Of a stretch of 64,000 nt of DNA, positions 8,397-16,852 are shown one piece after another. The stretch is taken from contig CAIKXY010000002.1 of the NCBI GenBank assembly GCA_903831595.1, positions 28,339-92,338 of the forward strand, written 5' to 3'. Each line of letters starts with the position of its first letter. Position 1 is the first letter of the stretch. Source of the stretch: an uncultured bacterium (GTDB lineage: Bacteria; Patescibacteriota; Minisyncoccia; Phycocordibacterales; GWA1-40-21). A program made the position numbers and the translations under genes. The notes under the pieces are model-generated. The model saw only the letters and a program-made list of their open reading frames with translations. It did no database searches and was not told where the DNA came from.

Positions 8397-9656
8397 ATGC
8401 AAAAAATACTTTCAATATTGAAAAAATTAGTGCCGAAGAAGTTGTTTAAGATGTTGCAACCAATTTATCACTATACTCTAGCTCTTGCGGGAGCGTTGCT
8501 ATATAGATTTCCCTCAAAACAAATTAATGTGGTGGCTGTGACTGGGACAAAAGGTAAGACCTCATCTGTTGAATTTGTAAATGCGATTTTAGAAGAAGCA
8601 GGTAAAAAAACCGCGCTTGCAGGAACCTTGAGATTTAAAATTGGTAATGAATCAAAACCAAATTTGTATAAAATGACAATGCCGGGAAGAATGTTTATAC
8701 AAAAGTTTTTAAGACAGGCTGTAGATGCTGGATGTGAATATGCTGTCATTGAAATCTCTTCAGAAGCTGCAAAACAATACAGAAACAAATTTATTGATTT
8801 GAATGCACTTATTTTTACAAATCTTGCACCAGAACATATTGAGTCTCATGGAAGTTATGAAAAATATGTTGAAGCAAAACTTTCTATTGCAAAAGAATTG
8901 GAAAAATCTTGTAAAAAAGATAAAGCATTGATTGTAAATGCTGATGATAAAGAAAGTGAGAAGTTTTTGAAAATAAATATCACAAACAAGATTGAATATT
9001 CATTATGCGAGGCGACTAACATTGTAATTTCCGAAGATTTTACAAAATTTACATATAATGGAGTGGAAATTGGAACTGTGTTACCGGGTAAATTTAATAT
9101 TTATAATATTTTAGGTGCAATAAAGTATGCTGAAGTAGAAAAAATAAATTTGGATGTGATAAAAAAAGCAATTTTGAAACTAAAAGAGATTGGTGGTAGG
9201 GCACAGCGAATCGAAGAAGGTCAGGATTTTAAAGTGATTGTTGATTATGCTCATACGCCTGATTCTTTGAAGGCGATTTATGAAGCGTATTCTGAAAGCA
9301 CAAAAATCGGGGTACTTGGGAGCTGCGGTGGAGGACGTGATAAATGGAAAAGAAAAGAAATGGCTGAAATTGCAGATAAATATTGCGAAAAGGTAATTCT
9401 CACCGATGAGGATCCTTATGATGATGAACCAAAAGAAATTGTGGAAGATATGGCAAAATATTTTGTTAGAAAAAAACCAGAAATAATTATGGACAGAAGA
9501 GAAGCGATTGCGACTGCGTTTAAATATGCAAAAAGTGGTGACGTAGTAATAATCACGGGAAAGGGAACGGACCCATACATAATGAGAAAAAATGGAGTGA
9601 AAGAAAAATGGAGCGATGCGGAGGTGGCCAGGGAGGAATTAAGAAAATTAAAATAA
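8397..9656 (+). CDS. Mur ligase family protein (MurE-like, short form lacking the N-terminal domain)
   Basis: ATP-binding VTGTKGKTS, the central-domain motif NLAPEHIESHGSYEKYVEAK, and a C-terminal VIVDYAHTPDSL that resembles the MurE signature. Confidence 0.65.
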   Translation: MQKILSILKKLVPKKLFKMLQPIYHYTLALAGALLYRFPSKQINVVAVTGTKGKTSSVEFVNAILEEAGKKTALAGTLRFKIGNESKPNLYKMTMPGRMFIQKFLRQAVDAGCEYAVIEISSEAAKQYRNKFIDLNALIFTNLAPEHIESHGSYEKYVEAKLSIAKELEKSCKKDKALIVNADDKESEKFLKINITNKIEYSLCEATNIVISEDFTKFTYNGVEIGTVLPGKFNIYNILGAIKYAEVEKINLDVIKKAILKLKEIGGRAQRIEEGQDFKVIVDYAHTPDSLKAIYEAYSESTKIGVLGSCGGGRDKWKRKEMAEIADKYCEKVILTDEDPYDDEPKEIVEDMAKYFVRKKPEIIMDRREAIATAFKYAKSGDVVIITGKGTDPYIMRKNGVKEKWSDAEVAREELRKLK

Positions 9657-9661
9657 AATTA

Positions 9662-9694
9662 AAAAGAGCGGCGCCGAAGGCGCCGCTCTTTTAA
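9662..9694. terminator. Bidirectional rho-independent terminator
   Basis: Stem AGAGCGGCGCC, loop GAAG, stem GGCGCCGCTCT, flanked by an A-run and a T-run. Confidence 0.6.
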
Positions 9695-9695
9695 T

Positions 9696-10559
9696 TTATT
9701 TTTTTAATTCACTTGCAATATATTTTTCAATTGCAATTGCAGTACTTGATGCCGCATATTCAATAAAACTATTTCTTGTGCTAGAGCTCAACATCATTGG
9801 TTCGTAAATATATGCATACTCAATGACAACTACGGGAACTTTTAAAGTGTCATAAACACCCGTTGCGATAAGTTCTTGATCTTCAATTATCAAATCTTTT
9901 TCTTGTAGCATATTGCTTGGTTTTTCTATTTTAGAAATTTCAGTATTTAAATAATTTGCAAATATTCTGCTTGATGAAGAGTTTGAATATTGATGTTCTG
10001 GAATATACATACAGTAACCGTGGAAAACTGGTTTGCCATTAATTTTTGGATTGCTGTTGAAGTGGACATGTAAAACTAAATCAATATTATTTTTTTCTAT
10101 CCATTTATTTGTTCCAAATAAATATAGAACAGCATTTGTTGCCGCATTATTATGTTTCATGTTTGGGTCTATCAATTCTATTTCTCCAGAATCAACTTTT
10201 CCGATCATTTTATTTTTCATCGCAGATGCCCATTCCATTATTGTGGTAGAACTTGTTTCAACATAATTTTTTAAATCAGGATTCCAACCGTTGTTGTCTC
10301 TCGCTATAATTATTTCAAGATTTGGATTGGCAGAAAGTATATCCTGTAAATCATTTGAAAGCTGAAGATTTAAATCTCTTTCTTTTATTGTTTTGAATTC
10401 ATCAGCACCACCAGCTTTTGGCTCATGACCTGCGACAATAAGTATTTTTGTTTTTTTATTTTGGAAAAACTTTTTGTTTGGTTCTTTAAATAAGGAAAAA
10501 ATGATAGCCAGAAGTATTAATGTTAAAAGTATTATTTTTATTGCAAGGTTTTTTTTCAC
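9696..10559 (-). CDS. N-acetylmuramoyl-L-alanine amidase (Amidase_3 family) with an N-terminal membrane anchor
   Basis: ILIVAGHEPKAGGA...ERDLNLQLSNDL...LVLHVHFNS, typical of Amidase_3 (AmiC/CwlD-like). N-terminal TM/signal segment. Confidence 0.6.
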   Translation of the reverse strand: MKKNLAIKIILLTLILLAIIFSLFKEPNKKFFQNKKTKILIVAGHEPKAGGADEFKTIKERDLNLQLSNDLQDILSANPNLEIIIARDNNGWNPDLKNYVETSSTTIMEWASAMKNKMIGKVDSGEIELIDPNMKHNNAATNAVLYLFGTNKWIEKNNIDLVLHVHFNSNPKINGKPVFHGYCMYIPEHQYSNSSSSRIFANYLNTEISKIEKPSNMLQEKDLIIEDQELIATGVYDTLKVPVVVIEYAYIYEPMMLSSSTRNSFIEYAASSTAIAIEKYIASELKK

Positions 10560-10599
10560 TATTATATTCTATGTTATTAAATGGATAAGTTCAATCAAT

Positions 10600-12318
10600 A
10601 TGATAAAATATATACATATGAAAAACATCAACAACAATTTTGAATCTAATAAAGAACAGCCAAAAGAAATTGAGAAGAAATTCCTAATAGAATCTTCACC
10701 TGAAAATCTAAATACTTTTCCTCATAAGGAAATCATTCAGGGATATATTGCTATTACCGAAGATGGGACTGAGGTTCGTTTAAGGAAGAAAAAAGATAAA
10801 TATTATCAAACTGTAAAATCTGGGTCAGGAAAAATAAGAACAGAAAATGAGGTAGAAATAACGAAAGAGCAGTTTGATGTTTTATGGGGTGCAACAGTTG
10901 GTAAAAGAATTAATAAAACACGATATGAAATCCCAGATAAAGCAGGTGTAATTGAGCTTGATATATACCATGAAGATTTAAATGGGCTTAAGACTGCTGA
11001 GATTGAATTTAATTCTGAAGAGGCGAGTTTGGATTTTGTCCCCCCAGTTTGGTTTGGAAAAGAAGTTACAGAAAATAAGGCGTATAAAAATCAAAATCTT
11101 GCTCGAAATGGGATTCCCCAAGAATCAATCAAAGCAATTCCAGAATATGAATTGAATATTGGTGTTGAAAAACTTATTCAAGAAGTAGAACAAAAAGTAT
11201 TAGAAAATAAGAATGGAACAATCATTGTTGAAATAGCGGGCGGTTCAGCTTCTGGAAAAACAAGCGCAGTTTCAAAAAAATTAATGGAGGCGTTCAACGA
11301 CGAAGCAGTTTTGATATCGATGGACGACTACTACTACGGGCAAACTTTTATGGATCACAAAAAAAATGAAGGCAATGAATTAAACTGGGATCAGCCGGAA
11401 GCTTTAAATATACCAGAACTTAGAAAAAATCTTGAAGATTTGAAACAAGGAAAAACAATTCAAAAACCAAAATATGATTTTAAAACGGGTGAACCAATTG
11501 GATCTGAAGAAATAATGCCAAGAAAGGTAATTGTAATTGAGGGACTATTTGCGTTAAATGATGAAATTAAAACCGAAGGCGATGTAAAAGTATTTGTTGA
11601 TATTGGTACACACGGAAGAATTATAAGAAGACTTCTTCGTGATGTTGTCACAAGAGGAAAAAAACCTGAAGATATAATTAGTTATTTTTCTGGAGTTGTT
11701 GAACCAATGCATGAAAAATATATTCAAAATACAAAACAAAATGCAGACATGGTAATAAAAAATGAATACAAACCTGAAGTTGAGGCTGAACGATCTGGTC
11801 TACATGAGATCCAGTTAAAATTTAAAGCAGATATAGATTTAGAAAACCTGAGAAAACTTGGGGTAGATAAATTGGGACAGACAACTCAAATTGATCACTA
11901 TTATAATCCTAAAGATAGAAATTTAACTGACACAGATGAAATATTGAGAATTAGAGAAGAAGGAAGTGCGACTATTTTAACTTATAAAGGACCTCGAATT
12001 AAGTCACAGTATCGAGATAGGCCAAAATTTGAATTCAATATTGATAGTGAAACTAAAACAAAATTTTTATCTATTTATGGCAATGAGTCAAAAAGTATAA
12101 AAAAAGAAAGAATACTATACCAATTGGATAGCATAGTATTTTCAGTAGATAAAGTCAGTAAGCTTGAAGGAGATATTGAAAAGATAATTGGCACGTATGT
12201 CGAAGTCCGTTCTACGGACAAATCTATTGATGAGAAAAAATTGAATGAGACGTTATCAAAACTTGGTTTAAATATCAAAGATGGAATAAAAGAAACATAT
12301 TTTGAACTTGCAGAATAA
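10600..12318 (+). CDS. CYTH - uridine kinase (PRK family) - CYTH tri-domain protein
   Basis: N-terminal EIEKKFLIES...YEIPDKAGVIELDIYHEDLNGLKTAEIEF, a CYTH/triphosphate-tunnel fold. Middle domain IVEIAGGSASGKTS...VLISMDDYYYG...NWDQPEALNIPELRKNLEDLKQGKTIQKPKYDF, a uridine kinase P-loop with its motifs. The C-terminal EIQLKFKAD...YYNPKDRNLTDTDEILRIREEG...ILTYKG is a second CYTH. The start could be 10600 or 10618. Confidence 0.6.
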   Translation: MIKYIHMKNINNNFESNKEQPKEIEKKFLIESSPENLNTFPHKEIIQGYIAITEDGTEVRLRKKKDKYYQTVKSGSGKIRTENEVEITKEQFDVLWGATVGKRINKTRYEIPDKAGVIELDIYHEDLNGLKTAEIEFNSEEASLDFVPPVWFGKEVTENKAYKNQNLARNGIPQESIKAIPEYELNIGVEKLIQEVEQKVLENKNGTIIVEIAGGSASGKTSAVSKKLMEAFNDEAVLISMDDYYYGQTFMDHKKNEGNELNWDQPEALNIPELRKNLEDLKQGKTIQKPKYDFKTGEPIGSEEIMPRKVIVIEGLFALNDEIKTEGDVKVFVDIGTHGRIIRRLLRDVVTRGKKPEDIISYFSGVVEPMHEKYIQNTKQNADMVIKNEYKPEVEAERSGLHEIQLKFKADIDLENLRKLGVDKLGQTTQIDHYYNPKDRNLTDTDEILRIREEGSATILTYKGPRIKSQYRDRPKFEFNIDSETKTKFLSIYGNESKSIKKERILYQLDSIVFSVDKVSKLEGDIEKIIGTYVEVRSTDKSIDEKKLNETLSKLGLNIKDGIKETYFELAE

Positions 12319-12341
12319 TAAAATAGTTTTACACTGCAAAT

Positions 12342-13274
12342 ATGCCCGAACTACCAGAAGCACAGACAACTGCGGATATATTAAACAGCAAGATAAAAGG
12401 CCTGCGGATTTTAGACGTGTGGACGGATTATGACTCTGTCTTTAATCGCGGCAAAAACAATGTAAAAGACAAAAATTATTTTCCATATTTTAAAAAAGAG
12501 GTATCAAATAAAACTATTTTGAGCGTTACAAGAAGGGCAAAAAACGTGTTAATCAATGTTTCACACAACCCTAATGTTGGTACACGGGCAGGCAAAACTA
12601 TTTTGGTACATATGAAGATGACAGGGCATTTACTATACGGAAAATATAAATTTGAAAACGGAAAATGGCTTCCCCCAAAAGATAGCTCACTTTCTGATCC
12701 GTACAACCGTTTCATCCACCTTGCGTTTAATTTATCTAATAAAAATACTTTGGTCCTATCTGACGCGAGAAAATTTGCAAAAGTTTTTGTCTTTGATACA
12801 GACAAAATAAATAAAATTTCTGACCTTGAAAAACTTGGACCGGAACCACTTGAAAAAAGTTTTACATACAAAGTATTTAAAGAAAAATTATATGAAAAAA
12901 CAAATGGTAAAATAAAAACAGTGATTATGGACCAGACAATTATTGCCGGTATTGGAAATATTTATTCTGACGAAACTCTTTGGTATAGCTGTATTCATCC
13001 GACAACAAAAGTGCAAGATATCAGTGAGGACAAATTAAAATTGCTTTATAAAAATATTATTAAGATTTTGAAAGAGTCTATAAAAGTTGGTGGAGATTCT
13101 ATGTCGGATTATAGAAATCCGTACGGTGAAAAAGGCGGTTATCAAGACCTTCATAAAGTTTACAGAAGAATTGGGGAAAAATGTAAAATGAAAAATTGTA
13201 ACGGTATAGTCCGTAGAATAAAAGTTGGTGGAAGGAGCGCACATTTTTGTGATGTGCACCAAAAGAGTATTTAG
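12342..13274 (+). CDS. mutM: Formamidopyrimidine-DNA glycosylase
   Basis: N-terminal MPELPEAQTT with catalytic Pro2, helix-two-turn-helix, and a C-terminal zinc finger CKMKNCNGIVRRIKVGGRSAHFCDVHQ. Confidence 0.8.
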   Translation: MPELPEAQTTADILNSKIKGLRILDVWTDYDSVFNRGKNNVKDKNYFPYFKKEVSNKTILSVTRRAKNVLINVSHNPNVGTRAGKTILVHMKMTGHLLYGKYKFENGKWLPPKDSSLSDPYNRFIHLAFNLSNKNTLVLSDARKFAKVFVFDTDKINKISDLEKLGPEPLEKSFTYKVFKEKLYEKTNGKIKTVIMDQTIIAGIGNIYSDETLWYSCIHPTTKVQDISEDKLKLLYKNIIKILKESIKVGGDSMSDYRNPYGEKGGYQDLHKVYRRIGEKCKMKNCNGIVRRIKVGGRSAHFCDVHQKSI

Positions 13275-13292
13275 TATCAAGTATTCAGTATT

Positions 13293-13327
13293 AAAAAAGG
13301 CGGGGCGTTTACGCCACGCCTTTTTAA
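13293..13327. terminator. Bidirectional terminator between mutM and ruvA
   Basis: Stem GGCGGGGCG, loop TTTA, stem CGCCACGCC, flanked by A-runs and T-runs. Confidence 0.5.
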
Positions 13328-13333
13328 TTTAAT

Positions 13334-13900
13334 TTATTTGCCTAATATTTTAAGTGCCTGTTTAATTCTGTCTCCAGTTTTTGTAATTTTCTTGTCTATA
13401 TTTGCAAGTGCATCACGTGCATCTTTTTGTGTGTAGCCAAGTGCCTTCAATCCTTCCACTGCATCAATCTCATCTCTAAATGTAATATCATTTTCATCGC
13501 TTGTAATATTTATTTTATCTTTAAGTTCAAGTACCATTTTTTCTGCAATCTTTTTTCCGATACCGGAAACTTTTGTAAGATGTGATGTATCGCCGGTCGA
13601 GATCGCTCTTTTTAGTGCGGTGACGGAACTTATATTTAAAACGTTGAGTGCAGTTTTTGGACCGATACCAGAAATGGAAATTAACATTTCAAAAAATTGT
13701 AATTCTTCTTCTGTAAAAAATCCGTAAAGGTCGAGGGCATCCTCTCGCACAACAAGATGTGTAAACAAAGAAATTTTACTTCCTTTTTGTGCAACTTCTT
13801 TTGTTTCTGCTGTAGAGAAAATTTTAAAACCAACACCACCAACTCCGACGGTAATGAATTTTTCATTTGTGTCCCAAACTATACCTTCGATTTTTGCTAT
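13334..13900 (-). CDS. ruvA: Holliday junction DNA helicase subunit RuvA
   Basis: MIAKIEGIVWD...GVGFKIF...HLVVREDALDLYGF, then the HhH motifs ISISGIGPKTALNVL and LTKVSGIGKKIAEKMVLEL. Confidence 0.8.
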   Translation of the reverse strand: MAKIEGIVWDTNEKFITVGVGGVGFKIFSTAETKEVAQKGSKISLFTHLVVREDALDLYGFFTEEELQFFEMLISISGIGPKTALNVLNISSVTALKRAISTGDTSHLTKVSGIGKKIAEKMVLELKDKINITSDENDITFRDEIDAVEGLKALGYTQKDARDALANIDKKITKTGDRIKQALKILGK

Positions 13901-14041
13901 CATACGTTTAATAATACTACGAAACACGGAAAATAAAAATTGTTTTTATACGTTGATTTCTTTAGACAAAGATGTTAATGTATAGACCTGTCAAAAAACA
14001 TCGTGTCTCGATTATTATTTGATAAATTAATTTAATTAAAA

Positions 14042-14314
14042 ATGCCTATAACATCATCAGCAAAAAAAGCATTAAGAGTCGCCAGCAAGAAAAAAATCTT
14101 TAACACAAGACGAAGTAATGCTGTAGACGGTGCATTGAAAAGCATCAAAAAGCTTATAAAAGAAAATAAAATAAAGGAAGCTGAAAAAATGCTACCAGAA
14201 GTTTATACAGCAATCGATAAAGCCGTTAAAATAAAATATTTGAAAAAGAATACAGGTGCAAGATACAAATCAAGAATCACACTGTTTTTAAACAAATCAA
14301 AAGCTAAAAAATAA
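14042..14314 (+). CDS. rpsT: 30S ribosomal protein S20
   Basis: 90 aa, Lys/Arg-rich. MPITSSAKKALRVASKKKIFNTRRSN matches the S20 N-terminus. Confidence 0.8.
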   Translation: MPITSSAKKALRVASKKKIFNTRRSNAVDGALKSIKKLIKENKIKEAEKMLPEVYTAIDKAVKIKYLKKNTGARYKSRITLFLNKSKAKK

Positions 14315-14322
14315 GAAAATTT

Positions 14323-14350
14323 TAAAAGCCGTCGAAAGACGGCCTTTAAA
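14323..14350 (+). terminator. Weak terminator hairpin after rpsT
   Basis: AAAGCCGTC, loop GAAA, GACGGCCTTT, then a short T-run. Confidence 0.35.
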
Positions 14351-14452
14351 ATACCAGGTTTTCTTTACGGTATATGAGTCCGCCACCGCGGATCTCAGAA
14401 CACAACTCGCTTCACTCAACTGATTACAGTTTCGCGAATCGATCTCCGTTAA

Positions 14453-14480
14453 GAAAAAACACCCATATGGGTGTTTTTTA
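14453..14480. terminator. Bidirectional terminator. It overlaps the stop codon of the minus-strand TrmB gene.
   Basis: AAAAAAC-ACCC-ATAT-GGGT-GTTTTTT. Confidence 0.5.
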
Positions 14481-15227
14481 CTCTTCTTTTATAGCATCCC
14501 ACATGATATTAAAATATTGTTTATGCATATCAACAATATTTTTGTTTTCAATGATTATTGAGATATACGGTTCAATCAATTGTGTGATATAAATCTTTGT
14601 TGGAATGATCGCGACATTTGCTTTTAAATCTAAATTTGATTCAAACATCTTTACTTTAAAATTATAGTTCTGTTCGTTTTTCTTATAAAATGCCCCCACA
14701 TCATTGTTTTGTAGTATTGTCCTAACTCTTATATTCAATTTTGCTCTTTTTTCAATGAATTTTGTAAAAAATTCCCTATCAATGTTTAAAAACTTTTTTA
14801 AATCAGAAGTAATTAAATATTCATCATTTGGTTTTAAGGAATTATATATATCTTCATATATGGTTTTAACCCCCTCAATCCCTTCATAATACTTAATCAA
14901 GCTCTCACCACCTTTTAGATTATATAAAGCAGAAAGCTCAGGAATCATACTATTAAGCCTATCTTTTTTCTGTTCAATTATTTTTTCGAGCTTATCTGGG
15001 CTTTCAGCAACAAAAAGGTTTTTTAAACCTTTTAATTCAATATTCATAATCCCTTTTCTTTTTAAACTTTCAATAACAGGATAAACAGTGGTGCGTTTTA
15101 CACCTGAATGTTTTGCTATTTTATTTACAGTAGATGGACCCAACATAATAGAGGAAAGGTAAACTAGTGCCTCATGTTCTGAGAGACCAAAATCTATAAG
15201 TATTTCTTTAATATCTTCTTTTTGCAT
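14478..15227 (-). CDS. TrmB-family transcriptional regulator (paralog 2)
   Basis: wHTH LIDFGLSEHEALVYLSSIMLGPSTVNKIAKHSGVKRTTVYPVIESLKRKG, and the same length and domain order as 7431..8186. Confidence 0.6.
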   Translation of the reverse strand: MQKEDIKEILIDFGLSEHEALVYLSSIMLGPSTVNKIAKHSGVKRTTVYPVIESLKRKGIMNIELKGLKNLFVAESPDKLEKIIEQKKDRLNSMIPELSALYNLKGGESLIKYYEGIEGVKTIYEDIYNSLKPNDEYLITSDLKKFLNIDREFFTKFIEKRAKLNIRVRTILQNNDVGAFYKKNEQNYNFKVKMFESNLDLKANVAIIPTKIYITQLIEPYISIIIENKNIVDMHKQYFNIMWDAIKEE

Positions 15228-15269
15228 AAAATGTCAAATCTTTTGACAACAATACTATCATATACCATA

Positions 15270-15352
15270 TAGTTTATTTAGTCAAATACAGTTATGTGTT
15301 AACATATTTGACTATATTACACAATATATTATAATATAGTCAAATCAGGTAG
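15270..15352. promoter_or_regulatory. Operator-like repeats TAGTCAAAT/ATTTGACTA in the divergent intergenic region
   Basis: TAGTCAAAT, an 18-nt spacer, then ATTTGACTA as a perfect 9-nt inverted repeat. A third copy, ATAGTCAAATC, lies downstream. Confidence 0.35.
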
Positions 15353-15404
15353 GATAGTAAAACCTGATAAAAAGAACCTTGACAATCCCATAGGAGGGAA
15401 AAAT

Positions 15405-16151
15405 ATGAAAAAATTACTTGTAGCTCTAACAGCGTTAGTTGTACTCGTTGGGGTCTCATCCGCGGATGGATGGGTTCCTAGCGGCAGTGTAACAACTGCC
15501 GTAAGCAGCAAGTTGCTTGTCCCAGTATTGGGATGGGTAAAGTACGAGAAGGCAGCATGTTTTACTGCCGACGTCACACTTAACTTGCCGGAAGGATTTA
15601 TTCTGGAAGTTACGGAATATGGCGGGGTTGATTTTAACCTCGACAGTGACGGCGCGGATGAATTGGACTTTATTCTTTGGAAAAAGTTCAATTTGTCTCA
15701 AGACTCTTATTTAAAATTAAGAGTTAAGTATGCCAATGGCTTCCCTTTATCGTTGATGAACGGGAATGACATGTGGTCATACGACCTATTTTTAGGTCAG
15801 ACTGTTAAAGTTAACAGTCAGATAAGTATGGTGGCAGAAATGCGTTTAGAGTATTGCCACTATGTTCGTAGTCTGGCTGAAGGTGTCTGGGTAGTAATGC
15901 CCAGCATCTCAGCTTCATATACAATTGATCCTACGTTTTCCATTTATGGAAAGGTGGGGGGATTGTATAACAGCAAGTTTCTTAGTTTTGGGGAACTTGT
16001 ATCGGGTCAGGCAAGTCTTGGTGTAAAAACCAAGGTTATGAAAAACCTGACCCTGGTGGTGGATGCATCTGGACTGCTGCTCGACGTTAAGAGCGGCGAT
16101 CCTCGGAAGAGCGATGTGGTTTATACCACGTCGCTAACACTAAACTACTAA
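15405..16151 (+). CDS. Secreted hypothetical protein, beta-rich, with a C-terminal aromatic residue, encoded in a higher-GC island
   Basis: Signal peptide MKKLLVALTALVVLVGVSSA. Alternating hydrophobic pattern. It ends in ...TSLTLNY. Local GC looks about 45-48%, against roughly 30% background. Confidence 0.5.
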   Translation: MKKLLVALTALVVLVGVSSADGWVPSGSVTTAVSSKLLVPVLGWVKYEKAACFTADVTLNLPEGFILEVTEYGGVDFNLDSDGADELDFILWKKFNLSQDSYLKLRVKYANGFPLSLMNGNDMWSYDLFLGQTVKVNSQISMVAEMRLEYCHYVRSLAEGVWVVMPSISASYTIDPTFSIYGKVGGLYNSKFLSFGELVSGQASLGVKTKVMKNLTLVVDASGLLLDVKSGDPRKSDVVYTTSLTLNY

Positions 16152-16155
16152 GTTT

Positions 16156-16190
16156 AGTGACACGCCAGTCTAAAAGACTGGCGTGTATTA
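16156..16190 (+). terminator. Rho-independent terminator
   Basis: ACACGCCAGTC, loop TAAAA, GACTGGCGTGT, then ATT. Confidence 0.5.
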
Positions 16191-16230
16191 TTAAAATCAC
16201 CTAACAAAGCTTGATCCCAAGGAGGGAGAT

Positions 16231-16647
16231 ATGAAAAATACAGCAAACGTGTTTTTTGTAAGGTATGGTTCATACGTAAATGGTTTCCTAAGCAAAAAAG
16301 GTGAACAAGAAGCTGCAAAAGCTGGGAAAAAAATATTCAAATACTTGAAAGGCGAAGGTGCTACAGTAATAGTGACGTCTCCACTAACTCGTGCGGTGCA
16401 GACAACATCAGTTATGGCGAAATACCTTAGGGTGGAATTGATTCAAACTGAAAATTTTCTTAACTATGAGGTGTATTGCAACCGCAAGAAAAATTTTGAA
16501 AGAGTAAAATCTAGTCTTGCCAAAGCTGGATATGAAAATATTGTTTTTGTATCACACCAGCCAATCCTAGACGGGTTTGGCGTAATGGGAAGTGGTACTG
16601 GCGACGCCTATGTGTTAATAAAGGGCGTTGTAAAAAAATTGAAGTAG
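16231..16647 (+). CDS. Histidine phosphatase superfamily protein (SixA-like phosphohistidine phosphatase)
   Basis: VFFVRYGS (the RHG motif with Tyr in place of His), ...VIVTSPLTRAVQT...VFVSHQPIL. Length about 138 aa, as in SixA. AAGGAGGGAGAT RBS. Confidence 0.5.
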   Translation: MKNTANVFFVRYGSYVNGFLSKKGEQEAAKAGKKIFKYLKGEGATVIVTSPLTRAVQTTSVMAKYLRVELIQTENFLNYEVYCNRKKNFERVKSSLAKAGYENIVFVSHQPILDGFGVMGSGTGDAYVLIKGVVKKLK

Positions 16648-16659
16648 TTTGTATTGTAT

Positions 16660-16701
16660 AGCCCGTTCAAATCATTTATGATTTGAACGGGCTTTTTTTA
16701 T
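16660..16701. terminator. Strong terminator with a 16-bp perfect stem
   Basis: AGCCCGTTCAAATCAT, loop TTA, TGATTTGAACGGGCT, then TTTTTTT. Confidence 0.6.
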
Positions 16702-16709
16702 TGTACTTG

Positions 16710-16781
16710 TCCTCTCAGTAGGAATCGAACCTACATCTAACCCTTCGCAAGGGTTTGTCCTATCCATTGAACGATGAGAGG
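16710..16781 (-). tRNA. tRNA-Arg with anticodon GCG (as read)
   Basis: Cloverleaf on the minus strand: acceptor CCTCTCA/TGAGAGG, D-stem GTTC/GGAC, anticodon stem AACCC/GGGTT with loop TTGCGAA, T-arm GTAGG-TTCGATT-CCTAC. Confidence 0.6.
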
Positions 16782-16852
16782 ATGTGCAATTAGCAGTTTA
16801 AGCTAGATATGTTAAAAAGTAAAATATATTTGTCTAATATAAACCTTATAAA

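Noticed and set aside
14374-14592. 72-aa plus-strand ORF
   Set aside because: It spans a terminator and runs antisense into the TrmB paralog on the minus strand. It has no RBS.
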